Of a stretch of DNA of 64,000 nucleotides, positions 54,689 to 64,000 are shown one piece after another (the first letter of the stretch is position 1; every line of letters begins with the position of its first letter). Under the pieces are notes generated by a model, which had not been told where the DNA came from, searched no databases, and saw nothing but the letters and a program-made list of their open reading frames with translations. Origin of the DNA: Gemmatimonas sp. GTDB lineage: Bacteria > Gemmatimonadota > Gemmatimonadetes > Gemmatimonadales > Gemmatimonadaceae. A program made the translations under genes and the position numbers. The stretch covers positions 4,000,001 to 4,064,000 of the forward strand of contig OZ257156.1 of NCBI GenBank assembly GCA_965279375.1, written 5' to 3'.

Positions 54689-57600
54689 TCAGAAGCTGCT
54701 TTGCCGGTACGTCTGGCGATCGTAGTTGAACTTCAACTCAGGCTGGGCCTTGAGCGCGATGAAGAAGTTGAACGAGAAGTTGCCGTTGGGTGCCTGCGTG
54801 AACGCAAAGACCGCGTTCCAGTCATGCAGCTGACGTTGCAGCCCCACCTGCTGACTTGCAAACCGGTTGCGCTCCACATCGTACTGCGTGGACCATTGCG
54901 CCGACCAGTTCTGCGTGATGTTGAAGGTCAGCGCCGAGGTGACGTTCTGCGTGGGCGGAGAGATGAACACAGGCGCGCCGATCGCGCTCTGTCCGGTGGT
55001 GAGCCCCGTCGCCGGTGCGTTCTGCGCCTGGAAAATACAGTTGTCATAAGCCGACAAGCCAAAGATCCGCTGCGACTCGCAGAGCGTTGCCGGGTCGTTC
55101 TTGATTTGCGTTCCGCCTCGCGGTGGTCGCTGTCTCGCCGCGTTGTACTGAAGGTTGAGACTCCAGCCGGCGCCGGTGGGAATGCTCGCCTGCATGCCAC
55201 GCATACTGCCACCCGCCGCGTTCATCTGGCGTGACTGACGCGCGATGTTCTGCTCGTTCGCGTTCACGGGGCGACGCGGATCGGTGGACGGCGCTTCAAG
55301 CACGGGCGACTTGCCCAACAGGCGCCCAAGCACGGCAAAGATGCCCGACTTGCCGTTGAGCGAGAACGAGACTCCGATGTCGGTGCGGTACGGGCTGAAG
55401 GTCGCCGTATCGGAGAGCGGATCACCTTGGAACAGCTCGTACGACGTGCGGAAATCGAGACCGGGCAACAGGTCCGTGTTGCCAGAGATCGAGAAGGTGC
55501 GATCGGTGAAGCCCTTGCCCGTGGAGTCGGCGCGCACGAAGTCGTACGTGAGCGGCGAGAAATTGAGCGAGAGCAGCTTGATCTTGCGGAGATTCTCCTT
55601 GCCTTCCCCACCCAAGCCACCGCCAGCGATCGGTTCATCGCCGTTGCCACGCGCCAAGTCGCCCGACTCGACGCCACTACGTCCGGCCGATGTATCCACC
55701 GGCACGACGCTACCCTTGATCTTGGCTTCGATGTTGGTGGCGAAGCCGAGCGAGACGCGGTTCTGCTTGAGCGCGCCGAGGTAGCCAACGCGCGTTCGTC
55801 CGAGTGCCGCGAGATACTCGTCGCTGACGGAGGCCTGCGGCGAGTAGCTGAAGCTGACGTTGGGTGAAACGGTGTGCCGGAAGCGCTGAATCGGCCCTAC
55901 GCCGGGGAACTGCGCGTAGAACGTCGGCGAGGCGCCAATCGCGTAGCTGAGTCGCTTGGCCTGCTGCACCCATTGCCCGCCACTCCGCTCGGTGCGCACC
56001 CACAGTCCCGAAGCACCGTCGACGTTGGCCACGTTGACCGTCGGTGAGACGTTCCAGCTCCCCTGGAAGAAGCGCGGCAGATTGAACGACGTCGTCCAGT
56101 CCGCGTTGCTTTCGAAGGTGCGCGCAAAGATGCGGGTGAACTTCTGCGAGGTATCGCGCACGCCGATGATTTCGCGCTGCTCGGGATAGTCGTTGACGCG
56201 CTCGGTAATGCTGAACGAGTTCTGCCAGATGAAATCGCCGAGCTTGAGCGGCGTATCGAACGCGAAGTTCATGTTGCGTCGGCCGGCATTGAACCTCGTA
56301 CTGTCGATGCCGCCGCGCCCGTTCGAGTTGTACACGTACGGAAACTGGAGCCCCTGATCGATCTTGGAGTTCGTGCTGACCGCGAGCCGCATGGTCGGCG
56401 TCCACGTGAAGCGCTCACTGCCCAGCGAGCCTGCCGTCACGTTGACAGACGGGAACTCCATGTCCACCTGCGAGCGTCCCGGATACTGCACGCGAGATCC
56501 GCCGATATTGATCTGCGCGGGACCGACCTTGGTCTGATAGCTGAGCTGCGAGCGAATCGTGGCATTCGCCGCGACCGGATTGATCGTCGTCGCGCGCTGC
56601 ACCGTGGTGCTCTGCACCCAATTCAGGCGCGCCGTGAGTCGCGTCTGCTTGGAGAAATCCTGGTTGTGATTCCAGGTGATCGATGTGTTGGTGGTGCCGT
56701 TGCGCTGCGCGATGTACGAAACCGCTGTCTCGCCGTTGATGAATCGGTTGAGCCACTTATACCGATACTCGATATTGCTGCGCAGATAGCCGGGGTCGTT
56801 GTCCGTCGAGCGCGCGGCGCTGCGCCAATCGAACGACGCTTCCGCGTTCATGTAGTCGTTGATGGCAAAGAAGTAGCCCATGTTCGACACGCTGCGACGA
56901 TACGACGGGCTGTTGCGCAGCAATTCGGCGATGCCGAAGTTGGGCGTCAGCAAGCCACTGCGACGACCACGTCGCACATCCTGGAAGAAGAACGGAATCC
57001 AGAAGACCGGCACTTCACCGATGTAGAGCACACCCGGGCGCGCCACCATCACGTTCTCCGAGATGAACTTCATGTCCCGGGTGGTGAAGTGGAAATGCGG
57101 CTCTTCGTGATCGCAGTAGGTGAACGACCCGTTCTTTGCGAAAATGATGTGCTTCCCTTCCACCAGCGAATCCGTGCTGATCGCACTGCGTTCGGCGGTC
57201 AGGTACAAGCGCTGCCCAGAACTCACCGACGTGGAGAACGCGCCGGTGATGCCCTGCTTGGTCTCGGTGTCGTAGTCGATGCGACCGCGTGCGACGAAAT
57301 CGTCCGCGTCGGGCTGCGACGGGTCGCGCAGCACGACCGTATCGCCGGTGGCGACGACGCGCTTGGTGGAGTCGCTGTAGGCGATCGTGTCGCCGATGAG
57401 CATCGTCTGGTCGCGCTTGACCGCCGACGGCTTGCCGCGAATGCGCAGCTCCTTGGTACGCGCGTCGAACACGACGACATCGCCCTGGTACTGGACCGTG
57501 CGGTATCCTTTGCGCTCGAGGAGCTCCTTCATCGCCGAGTCAGGCTGCGCCCACTCGAAGATGGCCTTCTCGCTGTGAAGCGCGCGGACCGTGGTGTCGG

Positions 57601-57736
57601 GACGACCGCCCGGCTGCGCGCCCGTGCGGTTGGGCACCGGCGGTCGCGGGCGTTGAGCGGCAGCAGGGACGGCGACGAGCAGAGCACACGGCAGCAGCTG
57701 TCGCGCCAGTCGCGCTACGCGAGTCAGCAAAGCCAC
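54689..57736 (-). CDS. LptD-like LPS-assembly outer-membrane protein
   Basis: Signal peptide (PAAA-Q); OstA-like N-domain ending GSFTYCDHEEPHFHF, PVFWIPFFF...RRSGLLTP, GYFFAINDY; beta-rich C-terminus. Start set at GTG 57736. Confidence 0.8.
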   Translation of the reverse strand: MALLTRVARLARQLLPCALLVAVPAAAQRPRPPVPNRTGAQPGGRPDTTVRALHSEKAIFEWAQPDSAMKELLERKGYRTVQYQGDVVVFDARTKELRIRGKPSAVKRDQTMLIGDTIAYSDSTKRVVATGDTVVLRDPSQPDADDFVARGRIDYDTETKQGITGAFSTSVSSGQRLYLTAERSAISTDSLVEGKHIIFAKNGSFTYCDHEEPHFHFTTRDMKFISENVMVARPGVLYIGEVPVFWIPFFFQDVRRGRRSGLLTPNFGIAELLRNSPSYRRSVSNMGYFFAINDYMNAEASFDWRSAARSTDNDPGYLRSNIEYRYKWLNRFINGETAVSYIAQRNGTTNTSITWNHNQDFSKQTRLTARLNWVQSTTVQRATTINPVAANATIRSQLSYQTKVGPAQINIGGSRVQYPGRSQVDMEFPSVNVTAGSLGSERFTWTPTMRLAVSTNSKIDQGLQFPYVYNSNGRGGIDSTRFNAGRRNMNFAFDTPLKLGDFIWQNSFSITERVNDYPEQREIIGVRDTSQKFTRIFARTFESNADWTTSFNLPRFFQGSWNVSPTVNVANVDGASGLWVRTERSGGQWVQQAKRLSYAIGASPTFYAQFPGVGPIQRFRHTVSPNVSFSYSPQASVSDEYLAALGRTRVGYLGALKQNRVSLGFATNIEAKIKGSVVPVDTSAGRSGVESGDLARGNGDEPIAGGGLGGEGKENLRKIKLLSLNFSPLTYDFVRADSTGKGFTDRTFSISGNTDLLPGLDFRTSYELFQGDPLSDTATFSPYRTDIGVSFSLNGKSGIFAVLGRLLGKSPVLEAPSTDPRRPVNANEQNIARQSRQMNAAGGSMRGMQASIPTGAGWSLNLQYNAARQRPPRGGTQIKNDPATLCESQRIFGLSAYDNCIFQAQNAPATGLTTGQSAIGAPVFISPPTQNVTSALTFNITQNWSAQWSTQYDVERNRFASQQVGLQRQLHDWNAVFAFTQAPNGNFSFNFFIALKAQPELKFNYDRQTYRQSSF

Positions 57737-57740
57737 TGCG

Positions 57741-58505
57741 TCACTCGTCCAGCGCGGCCATGCGCTTTTCACGACGGTTATAGATCACGCGCGAAAGCGT
57801 GATGGAGACTTCGTACAGAAAATACAGCGGCACCGTCAGCGCGAAGAGCGACGTCGGATCCTGGCCCGGCGTGATCACGGCCGCGGCGATGATGCAACCG
57901 ACGAATGCATGCCGGCGAAACTTCGCAAGGAACTTGGGCTGCACGATGCCGAGTGCCGTGAGCAGCACGATCACGATGGGCAGTTCGAACACCGCGCCGA
58001 ACGCGAGACACATCGCCAGCACGAACCCGAAGTATTCGTGCACCGTCAGCACCGACTCGACCGACGCGCTCTGGAAGCCGAGCAGGAAGCGCAGCGTCAC
58101 TGGCAACACGTAGTAGAACGCCAACGCCATACCGGCCAGAAACAGCATGGCCGCGCCCATCAACGCCGGAATGACGACCTTCTTCTCGTGCCCGTAGAGC
58201 GCCGGCGACAGGAAGCCCCAGATCTGCCAGACGATCACCGGTGACGCGAGTACGAGCCCGATCGCGATCGACGCATCCATGACGATGTTGAACAGATCGC
58301 TGGGATGCGTCACCATCAACGGACGCTTGAGGAACGGCTGCACCGGCTGCGACAGCAGCCCGATGATGTCGATCTGCTTGCTGTACAGCAGCGCGAACGA
58401 ACCGATCACCCCGATCGCGACGGCCAGTGCGATCCGGAACAGCCGCCACCGGAGCTCCTCGAGGTGATCGAGGAACGGCATCTCTGCTTGCTGCTGCGTG
58501 GCCAT
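57741..58505 (-). CDS. tatC: Twin-arginine translocase TatC
   Basis: EMPFLDHLEELRWRL, WQIWGFLSPALYGHEK, FGAVFELP, AAVITP. Confidence 0.96.
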   Translation of the reverse strand: MATQQQAEMPFLDHLEELRWRLFRIALAVAIGVIGSFALLYSKQIDIIGLLSQPVQPFLKRPLMVTHPSDLFNIVMDASIAIGLVLASPVIVWQIWGFLSPALYGHEKKVVIPALMGAAMLFLAGMALAFYYVLPVTLRFLLGFQSASVESVLTVHEYFGFVLAMCLAFGAVFELPIVIVLLTALGIVQPKFLAKFRRHAFVGCIIAAAVITPGQDPTSLFALTVPLYFLYEVSITLSRVIYNRREKRMAALDE

Positions 58506-58546
58506 CGGAATGCGAGAGGTCTGGGGCGAACGTGAACGGCCGCGCG

Positions 58547-59413
58547 TCAGCGCAGCGTCTTGAGCTGATCGGCAGCCGTCACGGCTTCATCGCTGCGCGG
58601 ATAGCGGGCGATCACCTGCTCGAACAGTTCGCGCGCCTTGGCGCTGTTGTTCTGCTGCAGAAAAAGCATCGCGCGCTTGTACACCGCCGTCGGCGCCTTG
58701 GGTGCATTAGGATACTTGGAGACGACTGCCGCGTAGGCCGCATCGGCGGCAGCCACCTGCTTCTCCCGCGAGAACGACTCCGCAATCCAGAACTGCGCGT
58801 CGGGGGCCTCTTCCGCGTTGGGATAATTGGTGAGCAGGTCCTGAAACAGAATGCGCGCGGTGGTGCTGCTGCCACGCGTCAACTGATCTCGTCCGCTCTG
58901 GTACAACTCACTCGAACTTGGGATGCGAGTCGGCGTGGTCGGTGCGGGGTTGGCTCCCGGCGTCGTGCTGGGTGCGGCACCTGCCCCAGTTGCGGTCGGC
59001 GGCACGGTGCCCGTCGGCGGAACGGTCGGAGCCATCGGCATGGCGCTCGCGCGCTCGGCAAGCTCTGCGCGCAACCGTGCGATCGTCGCTTGACTCTGGC
59101 CCAGCAGCTGCTGGATCTGCAGCAGCTGTTCCTTGATCGCGCGCGTTTCACCGCGCACATCGCCCTGAATGTTCACCGTGCGCGCGCTCACCTGCGTCAG
59201 CGAATCGGTCGCCGTCTGCAGCAGCTTCATCGCCTGAGCCAGCGCCGCGCGTTCGTCGCTGTTGGCCCGAGACAATTCCGCGCGCAGCGAGGCGATGTCG
59301 GTCTGCACGAGGCGGACGTCGCTACGCGTCGCGAAGCAGCCGCCCGCCGCCACGAGAGCGGCGAGCGGGACCACGCGCAACATCCGCACAGCGAACGTCT
59401 GAGGCTGCATCAC
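58547..59413 (-). CDS. cpoB: Tol-Pal system protein CpoB/YbgF (lipoprotein signal)
   Basis: Follows pal; lipobox AGGC, coiled coil, TPRs with YPNAEEAPDAQFWIAE and VIARYPRSDEA. Confidence 0.88.
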   Translation of the reverse strand: MMQPQTFAVRMLRVVPLAALVAAGGCFATRSDVRLVQTDIASLRAELSRANSDERAALAQAMKLLQTATDSLTQVSARTVNIQGDVRGETRAIKEQLLQIQQLLGQSQATIARLRAELAERASAMPMAPTVPPTGTVPPTATGAGAAPSTTPGANPAPTTPTRIPSSSELYQSGRDQLTRGSSTTARILFQDLLTNYPNAEEAPDAQFWIAESFSREKQVAAADAAYAAVVSKYPNAPKAPTAVYKRAMLFLQQNNSAKARELFEQVIARYPRSDEAVTAADQLKTLR

Positions 59414-59973
59414 TTGGCGCGGAGCTGATCGCCGCCGGCGATGATCTCGAACTCATCGCGACGGTTCTTGGCCCACGACTCTTCCGACTCGCCCTGCACA
59501 GCCGGACGCTCGCGACCGAAGCTGGCCGTCTCGATACGCGATGCATCGACGCCGCGATCGGTCAGGAACTTCTTGGCGATTTCGGCACGACGACGGCCGA
59601 GCGCGATGTTGTACTCATCGCTACCGCGCTCGTCGCAATGTCCGGAGATGCGGACCTTGAGCTGCGGGTTGCGGTTGAGCAACGGCAGCTTGGCTTCGAG
59701 CGTGGCGCGCGCGTCGTCACGAAGTTCGTCCGCGTCATACTCGAAGTAGATCGTTTCGAGGAGCTTCGCTCGCGCCGAGGCGATCTCTGCGCGAATCGCT
59801 TCCATCGTATCGACCGGCGTCGCCGTCGTCGTCGGCGTCCGCGGCGGAGCGGCCGGCTGCGTGGCCGGTGGGGTCACCGGCGGCGTCACCGCAACGACCG
59901 GCTTCTTGCGGCAGGCGCCGAGGATGAGCGGAGTTGCGACGAGCACCAGCATCAGACGAGACGAACGGATCAT
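59410..59973 (-). CDS. pal: Peptidoglycan-associated lipoprotein Pal
   Basis: Lipobox LGAC; IYFEYD, GHCDERGSDEYNIALGRRRA, SFGRERP, KNRR. Confidence 0.96.
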   Translation of the reverse strand: MIRSSRLMLVLVATPLILGACRKKPVVAVTPPVTPPATQPAAPPRTPTTTATPVDTMEAIRAEIASARAKLLETIYFEYDADELRDDARATLEAKLPLLNRNPQLKVRISGHCDERGSDEYNIALGRRRAEIAKKFLTDRGVDASRIETASFGRERPAVQGESEESWAKNRRDEFEIIAGGDQLRAK

Positions 59974-60015
59974 GTGAAGCGACTCCGGATTCAGGTGGAG
60001 AGAAACGAACTGCGA

Positions 60016-61329
60016 TCAGGGCGTGCCGAGTCGTGGAGACCACGCAGAGAGACGAGCGCTCGCTGGCATCTTGAGCTGCCGCGTACGACCGGACTCCGTG
60101 TCCACGACCCACAACTGACGGATACCGCTGCGATTCGACGTGAAGACGAGATGGCGCGAGTCGGGTGCCCATGACGGGTCTCCGTTTCGTCCATCGCTCG
60201 TGATCGTGCGCGTCGACTTGTCGCGCACATTCACGGTCATGATCTGGAACGTCCCGCCGTTGAGCGATTCGAAGGCGACCAGACGCCCGTCGGGAGACCA
60301 GTCCGGTCCAGCCCGATAGTTCCGGTCACCGAATACACCGTCGGTGAGCTGCTCCACGTTCGTGCCGTCGAGATCGCAAATATAAACCTCGTTATGGCCG
60401 GAGCGGTCTGACGCGAACACGAGGCGCTGACCATCCGGACTGAAGGACGGGGCGAAGCTCGCACGACCGCGCCCGACGGTCACACGCACCGCTTGGCCGC
60501 CGGCGTAGGGCATGCTGTACAGATCGGCCCCCGCATCGGACACGCGGGAAAACACCACGGTCCGACCGTCGGGAGACACGGCGGGCGTGCCGTCCTGTGC
60601 TGTTGCGGGCGAGGTCAGTGTGCGCTGCGCGCCGGTGGCCAATTCGGTGACGAACAGCGGATCGCGACCGGTGAGGACGTTGTAGACAATTGCGCGTCCC
60701 GACGGATGCCACGCGGCGGAGAGACCCGCCGGGGTGACCGGGCGCGCGTTGGCGCCATCGCTGTCCACCACCCAGATGCGTCGATCGCGCTCGAACGCGA
60801 TCTGCGACTGCGCGATCCCGCGCTGAAAGGTGATCCACTCCTCGATGCCGTCCGACACGCCGTGCAGCGCCATGCGCCACGCAGGGGTACCGGCGGGATT
60901 CGGAAGCGGGAAGTCCTTTTGGTTGACGACGGCCTTCTTGGAGACGTCGTGCAATGCCACGCGAAGCCAGCCCGATGCCAGCACGGTCGCCTGCACGACG
61001 CCATCGACGCCCAGTTTGGCCATCACCGGATAGTTCGGCGGGCCGTTGCTGGCGGGCGCAGAACCCGTGGGCACAACGGTGAAACGATCGCTGTAATCGA
61101 GGTCGCGCGAGATAATCGTCGCGATCGAATCGCCGGTGGCCCCACTGATGGGCAACACGAGCATCGACGGGCGCTGACTGCCACGTACCTGGATGCCCAG
61201 TCGCACGCCGGGGTCCTGCGCGAGCAGTGGCGTCGATGGCGCGAGGAGCAGGCCGGCCAGGAGCGCGCTCGTGCGCAGCAGGGCTGCGCGGCCACGCGCC
61301 GCGGCCATCACGGACAGCGAACGATTCAC
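60016..61329 (-). CDS. tolB: TolB family beta-propeller protein
   Basis: ISRDLDYSDRF N-domain and PD40 repeats (PAVSPDG, PSFSPDG, PDWSPDG, PSWAPDS); directly upstream of pal. Confidence 0.9.
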   Translation of the reverse strand: MNRSLSVMAAARGRAALLRTSALLAGLLLAPSTPLLAQDPGVRLGIQVRGSQRPSMLVLPISGATGDSIATIISRDLDYSDRFTVVPTGSAPASNGPPNYPVMAKLGVDGVVQATVLASGWLRVALHDVSKKAVVNQKDFPLPNPAGTPAWRMALHGVSDGIEEWITFQRGIAQSQIAFERDRRIWVVDSDGANARPVTPAGLSAAWHPSGRAIVYNVLTGRDPLFVTELATGAQRTLTSPATAQDGTPAVSPDGRTVVFSRVSDAGADLYSMPYAGGQAVRVTVGRGRASFAPSFSPDGQRLVFASDRSGHNEVYICDLDGTNVEQLTDGVFGDRNYRAGPDWSPDGRLVAFESLNGGTFQIMTVNVRDKSTRTITSDGRNGDPSWAPDSRHLVFTSNRSGIRQLWVVDTESGRTRQLKMPASARLSAWSPRLGTP

Positions 61330-61344
61330 AGCTGGATCACAGCG

Positions 61345-62133
61345 TCAGGGGCGAAGGGAGTAGTCGAACGTGAAGTAGACCACGAGCACATCGTCTTTCC
61401 AGCCCGAAGGCAGCGGACCGAAACCACGCGTGGAGCCGACCGCCTCCACAGCTCCGGTCGCTTCGATGTCGTAGATGCGATCGCCTGAGGATTTTACCAC
61501 CTCGATGCCGGCAACCGAACCGTCGCGCCGCACAAGAAACTTGACCTCGGTGACGAGCGTCGCGGAGACCCGACGCGGCGACCAGTTGAGCGTCAGCTGG
61601 CGAACGATGTTGTTCAGGTACCCAGGATAAGGGAACTCGATCCCCTTGGTATCAACGTTGGCGACGTCCGCTCCCTTGCCACCAACGGCACCGCTACCTG
61701 CCTTGGGCGGCGATTTCGCCGTGCTTTTGGTCGTCGTCGGTGCCTTGCTCCCCGACGCCTTGTTGGCTTTGGCTGATGGTGTGGCCTTCGCCGGCGGCGC
61801 GACGCGCGCCTTCGAAGGCATCGCCTTCTCTGGAGGCGCGGCACGCTCAGCGCCCGCGGGGGCCTTCGATGGCGTCGGATCCGGCTCGGCGGGCTTGGGC
61901 GTGACCACGCCGGCCTGTCTCGCTCCCTTGGGCGCTCCCATCAGCGTGACGCGATATACAGGTGGACGCACCGGCTCCGGACGCGCCGCGACAAACCACA
62001 CCGCCGCGACAATGGCCACGTGAATGACCGCGGAGAGGGTGAGTCCACCGCTCAAGCCGCTGCTGCGTTTGCCGCGGTTCGGGCCGCCGTCGCGCAGTCC
62101 GCCCGACGCCGTCGACGCGACCGCAGCGCTCAC
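61345..62133 (-). CDS. TolA/TonB family energy transducer
   Basis: TM with SAVIH (SHLS-type His), Ala/Lys/Pro linker, C-terminal FLVRRDGSV...SSGDRIYD; located between tolR and tolB. Confidence 0.85.
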   Translation of the reverse strand: MSAAVASTASGGLRDGGPNRGKRSSGLSGGLTLSAVIHVAIVAAVWFVAARPEPVRPPVYRVTLMGAPKGARQAGVVTPKPAEPDPTPSKAPAGAERAAPPEKAMPSKARVAPPAKATPSAKANKASGSKAPTTTKSTAKSPPKAGSGAVGGKGADVANVDTKGIEFPYPGYLNNIVRQLTLNWSPRRVSATLVTEVKFLVRRDGSVAGIEVVKSSGDRIYDIEATGAVEAVGSTRGFGPLPSGWKDDVLVVYFTFDYSLRP

Positions 62134-62543
62134 CGCGCCGACTCCGGCTCCGCGACCAGGCCCACGTCGGAGATCCCGCTGGCGCGCATCGCGGCGACCA
62201 CGCGCACCACGATGCCGTAGGGCACCGCCGCATCGGCGCGCAGGTACACGCCGCCGCCGCCCTTCTTTTCCGACAGCGCCTTGATGCCGCGCGAAAACTC
62301 GTCGAAGGAGAACTTGACGTCATCGATGAAGATGTAGCCATCGCGGTCCACCGTGACGACCAGACCGTTCTTCGACTCGAGCGGGCGCACGTTCGCCTTG
62401 GGCAACGCGATGTCCACACCGCCCTGCATGATCGGTGCGGTGATCATGAAGATCACCATCAGCAGCATCATGACGTCGATCAGCGAGACCACATTGATCT
62501 CGCCGTTCACTCCCATGCGCTCTCGGCGCCGGCGCATCCGCAT
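62130..62543 (-). CDS. tolR: TolR/ExbD family protein
   Basis: EINVVSLIDVMMLLMVIFMITAP, LRADAAVPYG. Confidence 0.92.
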   Translation of the reverse strand: MRMRRRRERMGVNGEINVVSLIDVMMLLMVIFMITAPIMQGGVDIALPKANVRPLESKNGLVVTVDRDGYIFIDDVKFSFDEFSRGIKALSEKKGGGGVYLRADAAVPYGIVVRVVAAMRASGISDVGLVAEPESAR

Positions 62544-62549
62544 GCGCGG

Positions 62550-63293
62550 CTAGATCCGCCCTTCGCGGACCATGAGCGCGATCAGCTCGGAGCCGAAGCC
62601 TTCGAGCTCGCCATCGAAGCGATTCAGGCGTGCGGCGAACACGTTGTACGCGAAGGCCGCAGGGATGGCGACGGTCAGCGCCGCCGCGGTAGCGATGAGC
62701 GCGATCGCGATGCCGGGGGCAACGGCCGTGATGTTGCCGGATCCCTTCTCAGTGATGCCGACGAACGCGCTGATCACGCCGAGCACGGTACCGAGCAGTC
62801 CGATGAGCGGACTCACACTGCCCACAGTGGCCAACCACGGGATGTACGTACCGAGGGCTTCGCGTTCCTTGCTGCTTTCGGCATCGAGCACCAGACGCAG
62901 CGCTTCCACCTGCGAGCCCGAGAGTCGCGCGGTGCGATCCCCCGTCGCCGCCATTGCCGGACGTGTGTCAGCGAGGAATTGCACCGCACGCGCGAAGACG
63001 GCGGTGAAGGCACTTCGCTTGGCGCGCTGCGCCATCTGCGCGGCTTCGTCGACACCTCGTGCGCGCTCGAACTCGCGCACGAACGAGCGCCCGTTGGATT
63101 CTGCGGAGCGGAAGGCGACCCACTTCGCGAACATCACGCCCCACGAGAGGAGCGAGAGCACCGCGAGGAGTACCAACACGGCCTTGGTGACCGCATCGCT
63201 CCCCGCAATCATGGAGATCAACGATGTCGGCGCTGACTCAGATGCTGCGCCGAGTTGTGCGAACAGAGCCAACGGGTACGCGCCAACCATCAT
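62550..63293 (-). CDS. tolQ: TolQ/ExbB (MotA family) proton channel
   Basis: WLATVGSVSPLIGLLGTVLGVI, VAPGIAIALIATAAALTVAIPA. Start at ATG 63293 (ATGA overlap). Confidence 0.92.
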   Translation of the reverse strand: MMVGAYPLALFAQLGAASESAPTSLISMIAGSDAVTKAVLVLLAVLSLLSWGVMFAKWVAFRSAESNGRSFVREFERARGVDEAAQMAQRAKRSAFTAVFARAVQFLADTRPAMAATGDRTARLSGSQVEALRLVLDAESSKEREALGTYIPWLATVGSVSPLIGLLGTVLGVISAFVGITEKGSGNITAVAPGIAIALIATAAALTVAIPAAFAYNVFAARLNRFDGELEGFGSELIALMVREGRI

Positions 63294-64000
63294 CGCTTGG
63301 CCGCACCGCTGCGGTAGTCCGCGAAGTACTTGTACGTGTGGCCGAGTCCTTCCGAGAGCGACATCTTGGGCATCCAACCGAGGACCGCGCGCGCCTTCGC
63401 GACGTCGAGCGCCGAGCGGGCCAACTCGCCGGCACGTGCGGGAGCGTAGTCGATCGGGGCGCTCGCGCTGGACACGGATGCGATGGTCGTCGCCAAAGTA
63501 TTCACGGAAGTCTCGATGCCGGTGCCGATGTTGAAGGCGCGCGCGTCGACTCGCCCAGGCGCAGGCAGGCTGCTCGACGTGGCAGCCGCGAAGTTGGCTG
63601 CGGCCACATCGCCCGCATACACGTAGTCGCGCGTCTGGGTCCCGTCGCCGAACACTGTCAGTGCGCGTCCATCGAGCACGCGGTTGCAGAAGATCGCGAC
63701 GACGCCGGCCTCACCGTGAGGATCCTGTCGCGGACCGTACACATTGCCGTAACGCAGCGCGACGGTGTCGAGCTTGTGCACTCGGCCATAATACGCGAGG
63801 TAGTACTCGACCGAGAGCTTGGCGATGCCGTAGGGCGACTCCGGATCCTTCGAGAACGTCTCTGCGCTCGGCGGCGCATCGAAGTCCCCGTACAGCGCGC
63901 CACCGGTCGAGGAGAACACCACGCGCGTCGCGTGACCGCTGGCGTGCACCGCCTGCATCAGGTTGAGCGTGCCGAGGACGTTGCGCGTGGCGTCGTAGAC
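63290..64000 (-). CDS. NAD-dependent epimerase/dehydratase (UDP-glucose 4-epimerase-like), 5' end outside the window
   Basis: FSSTGGALYG, SPYGIAK (YxxxK), LRYGNVYGPRQDPHGEAGVV, FGDGTQTRDYVY, FNIGTG. Confidence 0.93.
   Translation of the reverse strand, partial: VYDATRNVLGTLNLMQAVHASGHATRVVFSSTGGALYGDFDAPPSAETFSKDPESPYGIAKLSVEYYLAYYGRVHKLDTVALRYGNVYGPRQDPHGEAGVVAIFCNRVLDGRALTVFGDGTQTRDYVYAGDVAAANFAAATSSSLPAPGRVDARAFNIGTGIETSVNTLATTIASVSSASAPIDYAPARAGELARSALDVAKARAVLGWMPKMSLSEGLGHTYKYFADYRSGAAKR

Overview
High-GC bacterial core-chromosome segment. Gene content and protein style suggest Gemmatimonadota (inference, not verified). Most genes are on the minus strand in long, tightly overlapping operons. 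In transcription order they are: epimerase-tolQ-tolR-tolA/tonB-tolB-pal-cpoB-tatC-lptD-like-hutH-hutU-radical SAM-hutI; giant TPR protein-polyprenyl synthase-DUF4321-like-tatA; giant TPR protein-aroQ-Xaa-Pro peptidase-accB-PilT/PilU ATPase-accC-ComB-like-ftsK; TonB-dependent receptor and GDPD; yraN; recA-recX-alaS-hypothetical-CpsB-like phosphatase-gmhA; SDR-cca-hypothetical-rarA-LEA2 lipoprotein-hflX; EamA; asparaginase II-CMD-obgE-dprA-hemW-hrcA-dnaJ. The plus strand carries a heptose-7-P kinase, two tRNAs (CAU, probably Ile2; Val-CAC), a penicillin acylase-membrane protein-M28 peptidase cluster and a PpiD/SurA-like chaperone. I see no integrase, transposase, prophage or CRISPR array. Best candidates for new biology: (1) a radical SAM gene with a Cys-rich tail, coupled inside the hut operon between hutU and hutI; (2) two giant TPR/acidic-linker proteins rich in Thr-Pro motifs, one with a 7x (Y/F)x(T/S)P(A/V) array, plus a PilU-like ATPase wedged between accB and accC, together a possible polarity/type IV pilus module; (3) the hflX 5' region (possible ATC start, 15-nt repeats, PPP-containing uORF); (4) a recurring leaderless-promoter signature; (5) an 11-bp-periodic candidate SOS box at recA. 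All calls come from reading motifs by eye; no database search was run.
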